From an uncultured Clostridia bacterium (lineage in GTDB: Bacteria > Bacillota > Clostridia > TANB77 > CAG-508): DNA of 64,000 bases. Below, piece by piece: positions 8,994 through 19,495 of the stretch (positions are counted from its first letter, which is position 1; each line of letters opens with the position of its first letter). A model generated the notes under the pieces. That model saw only the letters and a list, made by a program, of their open reading frames with translations, ran no database searches and was not told the origin of the DNA. Location of the stretch: assembly GCA_963558405.1 (NCBI GenBank), contig CAUWGC010000001.1, forward strand, positions 49,144 to 113,143, in the 5' to 3' direction. Position numbers and translations under genes: made by a program.

Positions 8994-9431
8994 ATGGAAA
9001 TATTTACACTACTAGAAACATTGGAAGATATATTAGAAAATAGCAAAAATTTACCATTCTCTAATAAAGGAATTGTAGATAAAGAAGAAATACTAGAAAT
9101 TATAAAGGAAATAAGATTAAAATTACCAGATGAATTAAAACAAGCTAAATGGGTAAAAGAGGAAAGACAACGTATTTTAGTAGAAGCACAAAAAGAAGCT
9201 GACGATATTGTAAAAGAAGCTGAAAATAGAATTATTTCTATGATAGATGAGCATGAAATTACAAGAAAAGCATATGAGCAAAAAGCTGAAATTATTGAGA
9301 CTGCAAATGAGATGTCAAGAGAAATTTCAAAAGGAACTAAAGATTATGCTGATAATATTTTAGAAGGAATAGAAGTTGCTCTTCAAGATGCTTTAACAGT
9401 TATTCAAAACAACAGAAAAGAATTAAAATAA
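8994..9431 (+). CDS. conserved coiled-coil protein (V-ATPase subunit G/H-like annotation class)
   Basis: 145-aa charged helical ORF translationally coupled to rsmD. Function not recognised. Confidence 0.5.
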   Translation: MEIFTLLETLEDILENSKNLPFSNKGIVDKEEILEIIKEIRLKLPDELKQAKWVKEERQRILVEAQKEADDIVKEAENRIISMIDEHEITRKAYEQKAEIIETANEMSREISKGTKDYADNILEGIEVALQDALTVIQNNRKELK

Positions 9432-9434
9432 GCT

Positions 9435-9496
9435 AAAAAAAATCGGAAGTTGGAAGTCTAGAACATAGAAAAGATTTCCGAACTTACGATTTTTTT
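9435..9496 (+). terminator. long hairpin terminator
   Basis: aaaaaaatcggaagtt pairs with aacttacgattttttt (1 mismatch). An inner helix ggaagtct/agatttcc is present, followed by a T-run. Confidence 0.6.
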
Positions 9497-9541
9497 CTTT
9501 GTACTTTAAAATGATAAACTAACAAGAAAGGGATGTAAAAA

Positions 9542-11977
9542 TTGGCAAAAGGAAAAAGAAGTAAAAAAAATAAGTCAAAAATGAAAATAGATATAGCAGT
9601 AGTGGGCGTAATAATTATTAGTATTTTGCTTGCTATTTTAATATATACAAATTCAGGATATATTGGAGAACATCTAAGTCCTATGCTAGGTGGTTTAATG
9701 GGATTTATGAAATATGTTTTACCAATAGGTATGTTTGCAATAGGAATTTATTTAGCCTTAGATGATAAAGATTATTTATATACAAAACTTTTTCAATATG
9801 CAATATTTATTATTGCTATATCAGCAGTTTTTAGTATATATCAAATATCTGTTGGAACAATAGATCCAAATTTAGAATTTGGAGAAGCTGTAAAAAAATC
9901 ATACGAATTAGGAGAATTTAATATTGGTGGAGGAGTAATAGGTATTTGTGTTGCATATCCACTAGTTAAATTATTGGGTACATTAGGAACAGTTATTCTT
10001 TGCATAGGAATTGCTATAATACTACTTATTTTTATGTTTGGAATAAGACCATCTGAATATTTAGTTGCATTTTTGGATATGCTAGAAGAAAGAAAAGAGG
10101 AAAAAAGAGCACAAAAAGAAGCTAGAAAACAAGAAGAAAATGAAAATTCTGTTAGAATATCAAAAAGAGAAGAAAGACAAAGAATACGTGAAGAAAAAGC
10201 AAGATTACGTGAAGAAGCTAAAAAGCAAGAAGAACCAATGGAAAATCAAATACGTATTAATGGATTATTAGAAGATGAAGTAGAAAAAGGAAAACCAAAA
10301 AAATATAATCATGATAAAAATGATTTAATTCCTTTAGGAATGGAAAATAAGAAAAAAGATATTCCATCACCAGATTATATTGAAGCTGATTTATTTAAAA
10401 AACAAGAAGAAACAAAAGAAGAAAAGACAAAAGAAGTTTTATTACTAGAACATACAATGACAGTAGAAGATGAAGATTATGAATTTCCACCAGTAGCTTT
10501 ATTAAGCGAAGGTGATAAAAAAGCAAATAAAGGTGGAAAAAAGGCTGTTACAGATACAGCTACTAAATTACAAAAAACACTATATAGTTTTGGAGTATCT
10601 GCAAAAGTAGAAAATGTATCTATTGGACCTGCTATAACACGTTATGAACTTAAACCAGCAGAAGGTGTAAGGGTAAGTAAAATAGCAAATTTGGCAGATG
10701 ATATTGCTTTAAATTTAGCAGCAGAAACAATTCGTATAGAGGCTCCAATACCAGGTAAGCAAGCAGTAGGAATAGAAGTTCCAAACAAAGAAAATGAAAT
10801 AGTTCATTTAAGAGAAATTATTGAGGATAATAGTTTTTCTGGTCATAAATCAAAACTTGCATTTGCATTAGGTAAAGATGTTGCTGGGGAAAACGTAGTA
10901 ACAGATATTGCAAAAATGCCTCACGTATTAATTGCTGGTTCAACAGGTTCTGGTAAAAGTGTTTGTATTAATACAATGATAGCAAGTATAATATATAAAG
11001 CAAAACCAAGTGAAGTAAAACTTCTAATGATTGACCCAAAAGTTGTAGAACTTTCTGTATATAATGGAATTCCTCATTTGTTAATTCCAGTAGTAACTGA
11101 TCCTAAAAAAGCTGCAGGAGCGTTAGCTTGGGCAGTACAAGAAATGGTTAACAGATATAGTTTATTTGCAGCAAAAGGAGTTCGAGATATAAAAGGTTAT
11201 AATGAGTCTTTAGAAAAAGAAGATGGAGAAGAATCAAAAGCAAAATTACCTCAAATTGTTATTATTATAGATGAGCTTGCCGATTTAATGATGGTAGCAG
11301 CAAAAGATGTAGAAGATGCAATTTGTCGTTTAGCACAAATGGCAAGAGCTGCAGGAATGCATTTAGTAATTGCAACTCAAAGACCATCTGTTGATGTTAT
11401 TACAGGTATTATTAAAGCAAATATACCTTCAAGAATTGCATTTGCAGTATCTTCACAAGTAGATTCTAGAACTATTTTGGATATGGCAGGAGCAGAAAAA
11501 TTATTAGGAAAAGGTGATATGCTATTTTATCCATCTGGTGCACCAAAACCTACAAGAGTGCAAGGAGCATTTGTTTCAGATAAAGAAGTAGAAAAAATTG
11601 TAGACTTTTTAAAAGCAAATGGAGAAGTTCTTTATAATGAAGATATAATAGAACAGGTAGAAAAAGCAAATAGCACAGATAAAGAAATAAAAGAAGCCGA
11701 AGATGATGACGATGATACAGATCCATTTTTAATGGAAGCTATTGATACGGTAGTAGAAACAGGACAAGCATCTACATCATTTATACAAAGAAGATTTAAA
11801 GTAGGATATGCAAGAGCAGGAAGAATTATTGACCAAATGGAGGAAAGAGGAATTATTTCTGGTTACCAAGGAAGCAAGCCAAGAGAAGTATTAATGCCAA
11901 AAGAAAGATGGGCAGAATTAAAAATGTCTGGTGCAATAGGACAAGCGGAAAAAACAAGTGACACTATAGAAGAATAA
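9542..11977 (+). CDS. ftsK: DNA translocase FtsK/SpoIIIE
   Basis: N-terminal TM helices, charged linker, motor domain with Walker A GSTGSGKS, C-terminal gamma winged-helix (SFIQRRFKVGYARAGRIIDQME). Confidence 0.9.
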   Translation: MAKGKRSKKNKSKMKIDIAVVGVIIISILLAILIYTNSGYIGEHLSPMLGGLMGFMKYVLPIGMFAIGIYLALDDKDYLYTKLFQYAIFIIAISAVFSIYQISVGTIDPNLEFGEAVKKSYELGEFNIGGGVIGICVAYPLVKLLGTLGTVILCIGIAIILLIFMFGIRPSEYLVAFLDMLEERKEEKRAQKEARKQEENENSVRISKREERQRIREEKARLREEAKKQEEPMENQIRINGLLEDEVEKGKPKKYNHDKNDLIPLGMENKKKDIPSPDYIEADLFKKQEETKEEKTKEVLLLEHTMTVEDEDYEFPPVALLSEGDKKANKGGKKAVTDTATKLQKTLYSFGVSAKVENVSIGPAITRYELKPAEGVRVSKIANLADDIALNLAAETIRIEAPIPGKQAVGIEVPNKENEIVHLREIIEDNSFSGHKSKLAFALGKDVAGENVVTDIAKMPHVLIAGSTGSGKSVCINTMIASIIYKAKPSEVKLLMIDPKVVELSVYNGIPHLLIPVVTDPKKAAGALAWAVQEMVNRYSLFAAKGVRDIKGYNESLEKEDGEESKAKLPQIVIIIDELADLMMVAAKDVEDAICRLAQMARAAGMHLVIATQRPSVDVITGIIKANIPSRIAFAVSSQVDSRTILDMAGAEKLLGKGDMLFYPSGAPKPTRVQGAFVSDKEVEKIVDFLKANGEVLYNEDIIEQVEKANSTDKEIKEAEDDDDDTDPFLMEAIDTVVETGQASTSFIQRRFKVGYARAGRIIDQMEERGIISGYQGSKPREVLMPKERWAELKMSGAIGQAEKTSDTIEE

Positions 11978-12016
11978 TATCAAAAGATAAAATAAATTTT
12001 GTTAAAAGGAGTTTTC

Positions 12017-13585
12017 ATGGAAAAAGAAGAAATTTTTGCAAAATTAAAAAGAAAAGATTATAACAATCAATTGGAACAGGTCTTAGAAAATAAGGCCTTT
12101 TCTGAGATTGTCAAAAATTTACTTCTTAGTATGTTTTATAAAATAGAAAATGCATATGGAGATTATCAAAAAGTAAAACAAGAAGTTCCAACAAAAGGAG
12201 AATTTTTAGAAAATTTAATTCAAATTATTAATGAAGAATGTGAAGAAATTATATTAGTTGAACCACAGTCAAAAGAAGGACAAGAAATAGAAAAAAATAA
12301 TATACCATATATTATAAATAAAGAAGAAAAGAAAATTATAGTATATCCAAATGAAAAAAAATTATTAAATGCAATTTTACAATTAAGTAAAAATAGAATA
12401 TGCTTTTCTAGCAAAGATACAATTTTTTCTGAAGCAATTTGTGAATTTACTAAAATAGGAAATTGTATGAATAAAACAGAAGTAATAAGAGATTTTAATG
12501 GTTGGTCATGGGATATTAGTAAATTAGAAATAGAAAACATTAAGTATAATTTAATGTATCAAAATTTACTATTTTTGGTTGGAGAAGATTTTTTAAACAA
12601 TTGGATAAAAAATACATTTAGTGAAGTAGAACCAATAAAAATATTAGAAAAAAAGCTTACAGATGATTATCAAAAAGATGCAGAATTGTTTATAGAAAAT
12701 TTATATAGAATGATTCTTATAATCTATGCAGAGCAAAATAAAGATAAAAAGGAAAAAATATTAGAACAACTATGTTTAAAAAAGAGACAATTAGAACTTT
12801 TAGAAAATAAAAAAGAGCTTTTAGAAGAGATTACTAAAAGTAAGAGAGAAATCAACAAAAAAATAGGAAGAATTGATAAAATTTTAAATGATAACGATTT
12901 AATTAGAGAAGAATATCAAAAAAGAAATGCTAAACTTCCAAATAAAGATAAAATTTTTAGTATAAGTCATTTAGCAGATAGGTTAGAAGCAGAAAGAAAA
13001 GTTCATCTAAAGGCAATTGAAGAATATAATCAAATGTTAGATCCTAAAGAATATGTTACAAGAAAAAATAAAGTTAAAGAAGAAATTGATTTTTTAGAAA
13101 GTTTACAATTAGATAAAGAAGTAAATTTAGAAAATATTTTGTGTGAATTACAAAGAGATTTTTTAAAATGTATTTCAATAAAAATTCAAACTTGCCAAAA
13201 CAAAAAGGATATTATATATTTAATATACTTATTTAGATATTATAATTTATTACCTTTTTCAAAAGAAAAAGAAATACATGAGATAACACAAATAGAAAAT
13301 TATTTAGAATTAGTAGAAAGGCAATTATTAAAAAAATCAAAAGAATTAAAAGCGTATATAGATTTAGAAGCTGATGAATTATTGGAATATAAGATTTTTA
13401 AAAATATACTAAAAACAAAAATTGTTAATCTAGAAAATATCTCAATAAAAATAAAAGTAAAAGAAGAAGAGTTAAAAGTAGAATGTTATGACGAAAATAT
13501 TTTAGAAGAAGAATGGAATTTGACAATATCAAATATGAATGATAAGCTAAAAAAGAACAAAAAAATAAAAATTTTAATATCATAA
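12017..13585 (+). CDS. hypothetical Lys/Glu-rich protein
   Basis: ATG at 12017 lies 5 nt after AAAGGAG. Long uninterrupted ORF with no recognised domain. Confidence 0.5.
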   Translation: MEKEEIFAKLKRKDYNNQLEQVLENKAFSEIVKNLLLSMFYKIENAYGDYQKVKQEVPTKGEFLENLIQIINEECEEIILVEPQSKEGQEIEKNNIPYIINKEEKKIIVYPNEKKLLNAILQLSKNRICFSSKDTIFSEAICEFTKIGNCMNKTEVIRDFNGWSWDISKLEIENIKYNLMYQNLLFLVGEDFLNNWIKNTFSEVEPIKILEKKLTDDYQKDAELFIENLYRMILIIYAEQNKDKKEKILEQLCLKKRQLELLENKKELLEEITKSKREINKKIGRIDKILNDNDLIREEYQKRNAKLPNKDKIFSISHLADRLEAERKVHLKAIEEYNQMLDPKEYVTRKNKVKEEIDFLESLQLDKEVNLENILCELQRDFLKCISIKIQTCQNKKDIIYLIYLFRYYNLLPFSKEKEIHEITQIENYLELVERQLLKKSKELKAYIDLEADELLEYKIFKNILKTKIVNLENISIKIKVKEEELKVECYDENILEEEWNLTISNMNDKLKKNKKIKILIS

Positions 13586-13614
13586 TATACAAAAGTAAAG
13601 AGAGGAGAAAAATT

Positions 13615-15265
13615 ATGAATGTTACATTTTTAGGTGCTGCAAAAACTGTAACTGGATCAAACTTTTTAGTAGAAGGTGCAGGAAAAAAATTTTTAGTGGA
13701 TTGTGGAATGTATCAAGGTCAAGCAAGTTTAGAAATGGAAAATAATGAACCTTTTGCATTTTCAGTACAAGATATTGATTTTATGTTATTAACACATGCC
13801 CACATTGACCATTCTGGAAGAATACCAAAACTATATAAAGAAGGATATAGAAAGCCTGTATATGCTACTAAAGCTACATGTGATTTATGTGCAATAATGT
13901 TACCAGATAGTGGTCATATTCAAGAAATGGAAATAGAATGGAGAAACAGAAAAAGAAAAAGAGAAGGTAAAGAACCACTTCCACCACTATATACAGCAGA
14001 AGAAGCTGCCCGTTCTTTAGAAATATTTAATCCTGTACAATATGATGAAATTATTGAAATCGATTCTAATATCCATGTTCGTTTTAATGATGCAGGTCAT
14101 ATGCTTCGGTTCTAGCATTATAGAAATATGGATAAAAGAAGGAGAAGAAGAAAAGAAAATAGTATTTACAGGAGATTTGGGAAATAATGATATACCACTT
14201 TTGGCTTCTCCAACCATGATAGAAAGCGCAGATTATTTAGTAATGGAATCAACATATGGAAGTAGACTTCATATGAGAAATGATGATAAAGCAGAAATGT
14301 TTTTAGATATTGTTTCAGAAACATTAGATAATGGTGGAACAGTTGTAATACCATCATTTGCAGTAGGTAGAACACAGGAAATATTATACGAAATAAATAA
14401 GTTAAAAGAAAAACGTAATGACGAAGAGTTTAGAAGAAAATATAAAACATTAATGCGTACACCAGTTTATGTAGATAGTCCTTTAGCAATTTCTGCAACA
14501 GAAGTATTTAAAGAAAATATGGATTTATTTGATGAAGATGTAAAACATGCAATTGCAAGTGGAGATAATCCACTAGAATTTCCTGGATTAAAATTTACAA
14601 TAACTTCAGATGAATCAAAGGCTTTAAACGAAAGTGATGAACCATCAATTATTATTTCTGCAAGTGGAATGTGTGAAGTTGGCCGTATAAAACATCATTT
14701 AAAACATAATTTATGGAATCCAAAAAGCACTATTTTATTTGTAGGATATCAGGCTCCAGGAACTTTAGGAAGTAGAATTGTAAATGGAGAGAAAAAAGTT
14801 AAAATTTTTGGAGAAGAAATTGCAGTAAATGCTAGAATTGAGTATATAGAAGGATATTCTGGACACGCTGACCAAGAATGGCTTCTTAATTTTGTATATT
14901 CTTTTATAACAAAACCAAAACATATATTTTTAGTACATGGAGAGCCAGAAGCTCAAGAAGTATTAAAACAAAAAATAGAAGAAGAAACTAAAATACCAGT
15001 AGAAATTCCAAGTTTTGGTGAAACATATAAGATAGAAGATTTACAAGTAGAAGTTATTAATAAATTAGAGTTACCAAATAAAGAAATAGAAGGTAAACAA
15101 ATTGCTTTAGAAAAACTTCGTAAAATAAAAGAAGAAGTTTTAGATATGGAAGAAATTATAAAAGAAGAAATTTTAACAAAAGATGCAAAAGATGAAGATG
15201 TTAAGGTTTTAAATCTAAGATTAAAAGAATTAGAAAATCAAATTGTTAGAATTATTCAAAACTAA
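13615..15265 (+). pseudogene. beta-CASP metallo-beta-lactamase-fold ribonuclease (CPSF-like), split by a +1 frame break at CGG 14107-14109
   Basis: HxHxDH motif THAHIDHSGR. Frame 1 ends NDAGHMLRF*. Frame 2 continues GSSIIEIW...FTGDLGN... Skipping the C recreates the conserved GH(I/M)LGS motif. Confidence 0.8.
14107..14109 (+). other. frame-break site B: CTT CGG TTC TAG; skipping C gives GGT TCT AGC
   Basis: The 0-frame stop comes 1 codon after CGG. The +1 frame is open for more than 380 codons. Confidence 0.9.
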
Positions 15266-15286
15266 TAAAGAATAGAGGGAAAACAA

Positions 15287-17200
15287 ATGAATACAGAAAA
15301 TAAAAAATTTATGAATGATGCTGTAATAGGAAATAAAAATTTAGTTGCAAGTTATAGTAAAGAAGGAGAATTATTAAGATTTTTTTATCCAAATGTAGAT
15401 TACAAACAATTTATAGACTTCTTTCATACTGGAGTAAAAATAAATGATTCTAATATAATTTATTTACATGATGATATTAATAATGTTTATGAACAATATT
15501 ATACAGAAAATTCTAACATTTTAAATACAAACATATATAATACTTATTTTAATATAAAAATAATGCAAACTGACTTCTTTTGCATAGATAAAAATATATT
15601 AGTAAAAAGATATAGCTTTGTAAACGAGAATTCTATAGATTTAGATGTTCACTTTTTAATACATTCTTCACTTGTAACTAATATTAATAATATGGTTAGC
15701 TGTGTAGTAATGGACGATGTTATGATACAATATAACCATGAAAATACCTTTAGTATATTTTCAAAAAATGATATAGAATCACATCGTATAAATGATTCAA
15801 AAACGCAAATTAATACTGGAGTGATTTCAGACAAGGACTATATAGGAATGGCATCAGACAGTAGCATAAGCTATTCTATAGGAGTAATACATCCGAGAGA
15901 AAAAAAATCTATAGATATATTTATAAAAGTAGATAATAATAAAGATAAATCAAGTTTAAGTGAACTAGAATTAGAATTAAGTAGATTAAGAAAATTAGAT
16001 ACAGAAAAAGAATATAATAAAACAAGAAAATACTGGCAAAAATATTTAACAGATCATAATACAATACCATTAAAAAACATAGAAAGTAATTTTGATAAAA
16101 AAGTAGAAGAAATTTATAAAAGATCTATTTTATTATTTCCGTTATTAATAAATCATGAAACAGGAGGAATTTCTGCTGGAATAGAAGTAGATGAAAACAG
16201 AATCCATTCTGGTAGATATTCATATTGTTGGCCAAGAGACGCAGTATTTATAACAAATGCATTTGATATATTAGGAATGTATAATGAAACAAATAAATTT
16301 TATAAAAATTTCTGTAAAATGACTCAACATCGCAGTGGAATATGGGAACAAAGATATTACACAGATGGGCACTTAGCACCTTGTTGGGGATATCAAATAG
16401 ATGAAACAGCAAGTGTAATTTATGGAGTATATGGACATTATAAATATACAAAAGATAAACAATTTTTAAAAGATTGTTTAAAAATGTGTGAAAATGCAAT
16501 GAAATTTTTAAAAAAATATGTAGATAATTTATTTACCCCAGATCCAGCAATGCCACAAAGCTATGATTTATGGGAAATGCATGAAGGAATTCATACATAT
16601 TCTATTGCAAGTATATTTGCATGTTTTGAAAGAATGATAAAAATATATGAAGAAGTAAAAGAGCTATATGCAGGAAATCGTTTAAAAGAACAATTTATTA
16701 TAGAAGAAACAGAAAATATTAGAAAATATTTAGTTAAAATAAAGAAATATATATTAGAAAATTTTTATGATGAAGAAAAAAAATGTTTTGTAAGAGGAAA
16801 AGAAGATAAAACAGTTGATATTAGTGTAATGGGACTTATAGCACCTTTTAAAATATTTAGTCCAAAAGAAAAGAAAATACTAAATACAGTAGAAAAAATC
16901 AATTTAACATTAAGAACATATACAGGAGGATATTTACGTTTTGAAAAAGATAGTTATATGGGAGGATATAATCCTTGGGTTGTATCAACACTATGGATGG
17001 CACTATACTATATTCAAAACGAAGAATGGAAAAAGGCAAGAGAATGTTTTAAATTTGTTGTAGATACAATGGCAGAACATGGATTCTTAGGTGAACAAGT
17101 AGATAATAACACAAAAACAGCAAGCTGGGTAATAGGACTTGGTTGGTCACATGCAATGTTTATTGTAGTATTAGATGCATTAGCAAAACACGGCAATTAA
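15287..17200 (+). CDS. glycoside hydrolase family 15 (glucoamylase-like)
   Basis: 637 aa. CWPRDAVFITNAF and YDLWEMHEG resemble the GH15 catalytic-domain motifs. Confidence 0.75.
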   Translation: MNTENKKFMNDAVIGNKNLVASYSKEGELLRFFYPNVDYKQFIDFFHTGVKINDSNIIYLHDDINNVYEQYYTENSNILNTNIYNTYFNIKIMQTDFFCIDKNILVKRYSFVNENSIDLDVHFLIHSSLVTNINNMVSCVVMDDVMIQYNHENTFSIFSKNDIESHRINDSKTQINTGVISDKDYIGMASDSSISYSIGVIHPREKKSIDIFIKVDNNKDKSSLSELELELSRLRKLDTEKEYNKTRKYWQKYLTDHNTIPLKNIESNFDKKVEEIYKRSILLFPLLINHETGGISAGIEVDENRIHSGRYSYCWPRDAVFITNAFDILGMYNETNKFYKNFCKMTQHRSGIWEQRYYTDGHLAPCWGYQIDETASVIYGVYGHYKYTKDKQFLKDCLKMCENAMKFLKKYVDNLFTPDPAMPQSYDLWEMHEGIHTYSIASIFACFERMIKIYEEVKELYAGNRLKEQFIIEETENIRKYLVKIKKYILENFYDEEKKCFVRGKEDKTVDISVMGLIAPFKIFSPKEKKILNTVEKINLTLRTYTGGYLRFEKDSYMGGYNPWVVSTLWMALYYIQNEEWKKARECFKFVVDTMAEHGFLGEQVDNNTKTASWVIGLGWSHAMFIVVLDALAKHGN

Positions 17201-17209
17201 AATTAAAAA

Positions 17210-17237
17210 GTGTCAAAAGGGACGTACCTTTTGACAC
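17210..17237 (+). terminator. hairpin after the GH15 gene (weak T-tail)
   Basis: 11-bp perfect stem gtgtcaaaagg / ccttttgacac with a 6-nt loop. No clear T-run. Confidence 0.45.
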
Positions 17238-17267
17238 TTGACAGAAAAAAATGAATTATGCTAGAAT
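17238..17267 (+). promoter_or_regulatory. sigma-A type promoter candidate for the surface-protein island
   Basis: TTGACA-18 nt-TAGAAT. Confidence 0.45.
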
Positions 17268-17400
17268 AATGAAAAGAATAGCTAAAGCAACAAACAAAGG
17301 AGGAAATCGCTGTGGCTGTAGAGAGATAGAGAGCAATAGTTTAAGAAATGAGATAAAAGTAGAAGCACAGTGCAATTGTGCTTGTTTGAGATATAAAGAT

Positions 17401-17431
17401 GGACTACGTTATTTTGTAGTCTGTCTTTTTT
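17401..17431 (+). terminator. leader terminator/attenuator candidate
   Basis: ggactac / gtagtct stem followed by gtctttttt, located about 150 nt upstream of the 17582 start and downstream of the promoter candidate. Confidence 0.5.
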
Positions 17432-17581
17432 GCACATTTTTAGTGCATGATACAAGTTAGCGTAAAATCAGGATATTAATTTTGAAAAAGAACTGTAGTT
17501 TATTCAAAAATGAAGAGGAATAGAAAAAAATATAAAGACAAAGTAAATAATAAAACAAAGTAAAAGAATGGAGGAAAGTAA

Positions 17582-18154
17582 ATGAATAAGGTAAAAGAAG
17601 AAAAAGGAATAACTTTAGTTGCATTAGTAATAACAGTAATAGTTCTGATTATATTAGCTGGTGTAACAATTGATTCTTTATTAGGGGAACATGGCATAAT
17701 AACTAAAGCAAAAGAAGCTAGTCGAAATATGGTAGATGCATCAAGAAGAGAAGAGGAGTTGATGGATAATTTACTTAATGAACTATTAAAAGTAGAAAAT
17801 GGAGAAGATATTACTAACCCAGATAAAGCAGACTATTGTAATCTAAAAATCAATATGCAACTAGAATCATATAATACGACACTAGGAGAATTTCCTATTA
17901 TTTTTCAAGTAACTGCTACTTCTAATCAAGAAATTATATACAATGATACAGTGGAAATGCAAATGGATGAAACAGGTAAAAAAACTATAGAATTAGAAAA
18001 GGTGGGACCAGAAGGTAGTAATGTAAATGTAAAAGTAGTATATGCTGGAATTAACTATAATTTAACAACATCAAAAGATACTAGTGTTACTCTTAGTAAA
18101 TCTACAACAGCAGAAGTGAATTATAAAGAAAGATACAGCCGGAGGTCTTTTTGA
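17582..18154 (+). CDS. pilin-like-leader secreted protein (paralogous N-terminus to the 6703 gene); C-terminus ambiguous because of in-frame CGG at 18140
   Basis: KEEKGITLVALVITVIVLIILAGVTI...GIITKAKEA closely matches the 6703 product. The 0 frame gives CGG AGG TCT TTT TGA. The +1 frame gives GGLFDTDFVKMKF, ending at 18182. Confidence 0.65.
   Translation: MNKVKEEKGITLVALVITVIVLIILAGVTIDSLLGEHGIITKAKEASRNMVDASRREEELMDNLLNELLKVENGEDITNPDKADYCNLKINMQLESYNTTLGEFPIIFQVTATSNQEIIYNDTVEMQMDETGKKTIELEKVGPEGSNVNVKVVYAGINYNLTTSKDTSVTLSKSTTAEVNYKERYSRRSF
18140..18142 (+). other. frame-break site C: AGC CGG AGG; skipping C gives GGA GGT
   Basis: The 0-frame stop comes 3 codons after CGG. The +1 frame ends at 18182, 17 nt before the next gene start. 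Confidence 0.6.
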
Positions 18155-18199
18155 TACTGACTTTGTTAAAATGAAATTTTAAAAGTAAAAGGAGTAAAT

Positions 18200-18682
18200 A
18201 TGGATATAAAAATAAATAACAAAACTAAATTAGTTTTAATAATAATTGTAACAATCTTTACTTTATTGTTTATGATAAAAATTGTTTATGCTTATTTTAC
18301 TGATTTAGATTCAGCAAAAGGTAGTCAAAATATAATAATAGAAGAAAGTAAGATAAAATTAGAAACACAAAAAAAAGGAAATATTTTATGTGTTTCAATA
18401 GAAAATATAGGAAAAGAGGAAATTTATGCAAGAATAAAAATAGTAACAACTGCTGATGTAAGACTAGTAGGAAATAATATGGAAAAAAAGGAAGATGGAT
18501 ATTATTATTACAATAATCCAATATTAGCAGGAGAAAAAGTAGAAAATATATTATTTGAAATAGATTCAAAATCAAGTATAACAAATGATTTTAATGTAAT
18601 CACTGTTGCAGAAGGAACAACAGCATTATATGATGAAAACGGGATGCTATATGCAGACTGGACAATAAATTCAGAAGAGTAA
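18200..18682 (+). CDS. secreted protein with SipW/TasA-camelysin-type signal peptide
   Basis: AAGGAG RBS. N-terminal TM segment ending IVYAYFTDLDSAKG, resembling the AYFSD motif of TasA/camelysin (M73) family leaders. Confidence 0.55.
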   Translation: MDIKINNKTKLVLIIIVTIFTLLFMIKIVYAYFTDLDSAKGSQNIIIEESKIKLETQKKGNILCVSIENIGKEEIYARIKIVTTADVRLVGNNMEKKEDGYYYYNNPILAGEKVENILFEIDSKSSITNDFNVITVAEGTTALYDENGMLYADWTINSEE

Positions 18683-18695
18683 AAAGGAGGCAAAA

Positions 18696-19337
18696 ATGCA
18701 AAAAAAAGTTATATTTGGAATTACAGTATTTTTAATAATGGTACTTATAATAAAAAGCAATATAAACATGGCATCAACGGGAAGTATAAATATTGAATTG
18801 ATAGAAAATAATCAAAGTATATCTGGAGAATTATTTAATAAATTAATAATAGATGGTGAAAATATCAAAATAGGAAAAAAATATAATGAACAATTAAGTG
18901 TTAAAAATAATAGTGATGATGCATATATAAAAGTTGTGATAACAAAAAAATGGAAAGATAATGCAGAGCTAAATCCTCATATGATAAAATTAGAAATGGA
19001 TAAAACAGGTGCATGGATTATAGATGAAAATGCTTGTACTCCTAATAAGACAGTAATGTATTATTCAAAATGTTTAAAAAATAATGAAATAACTCCAAAT
19101 TTTATAGATAGTATAAAAATAGATAATAAAATACTAAGTGAAACCGAAACAAAAACAACCGTAGGAACTAATGGATGTCAAAATATAGAAACATCATATG
19201 CATATGATAATGTTAATTTTGAGCTAGAAGCAGAAGCACAGGCAATTCAGAGCCACAATGCGGTAAATGCTGCTAAGGAAGCATGGGGAGTGGATATAAA
19301 AATAAATCAAGATGGAAGTTTAGCTCTAGTACAGTAA
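18696..19337 (+). CDS. secreted protein, possibly TasA-family-like
   Basis: AGGAGG RBS and signal anchor. The mature start ASTGSINIELIEN and the DAYIKVVITKKW strand pattern resemble the preceding gene. Confidence 0.45.
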   Translation: MQKKVIFGITVFLIMVLIIKSNINMASTGSINIELIENNQSISGELFNKLIIDGENIKIGKKYNEQLSVKNNSDDAYIKVVITKKWKDNAELNPHMIKLEMDKTGAWIIDENACTPNKTVMYYSKCLKNNEITPNFIDSIKIDNKILSETETKTTVGTNGCQNIETSYAYDNVNFELEAEAQAIQSHNAVNAAKEAWGVDIKINQDGSLALVQ

Positions 19338-19376
19338 AATATATTAAAAATTTTCAAAATAAAAATAAAGAAATAT

Positions 19377-19418
19377 AAAAAAACATCGTAAATTTGATAA
19401 AATTTACGATGTTTTTTA
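19377..19418 (+). terminator. rho-independent terminator
   Basis: 14-bp perfect stem aaacatcgtaaatt / aatttacgatgttt plus a T-run. Confidence 0.8.
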
Positions 19419-19466
19419 TATAAAATATAGAAAAGAGCATGGGAAATTGCCTTTTTTAATTTTATG

Positions 19467-19495
19467 TTTACAAATTACATTTTTTGTAATATAAT
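19467..19495 (+). promoter_or_regulatory. sigma-A type promoter candidate
   Basis: TTTACA-17 nt-TATAAT. Confidence 0.5.

Noticed and set aside
13615-15265. Calling the MBL/beta-CASP gene RNase J (rnj)
   Set aside because: The N-terminus and length (about 550 aa with a long charged C-terminal tail) fit the generic CPSF-like 'MBL fold metallo-hydrolase RNA specificity domain' group better than RNase J as I recall it. Left without a gene symbol.
17251-17460. 69-aa Cys-rich ORF (NRCGCREIE...CNCACLRY...) that might be a small secreted peptide or bacteriocin precursor
   Set aside because: No Shine-Dalgarno sequence lies upstream of its ATG. It spans the hairpins and the terminator-like element of the leader, and its composition looks like non-coding sequence. 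It is better explained as a chance ORF within a structured 5' leader.
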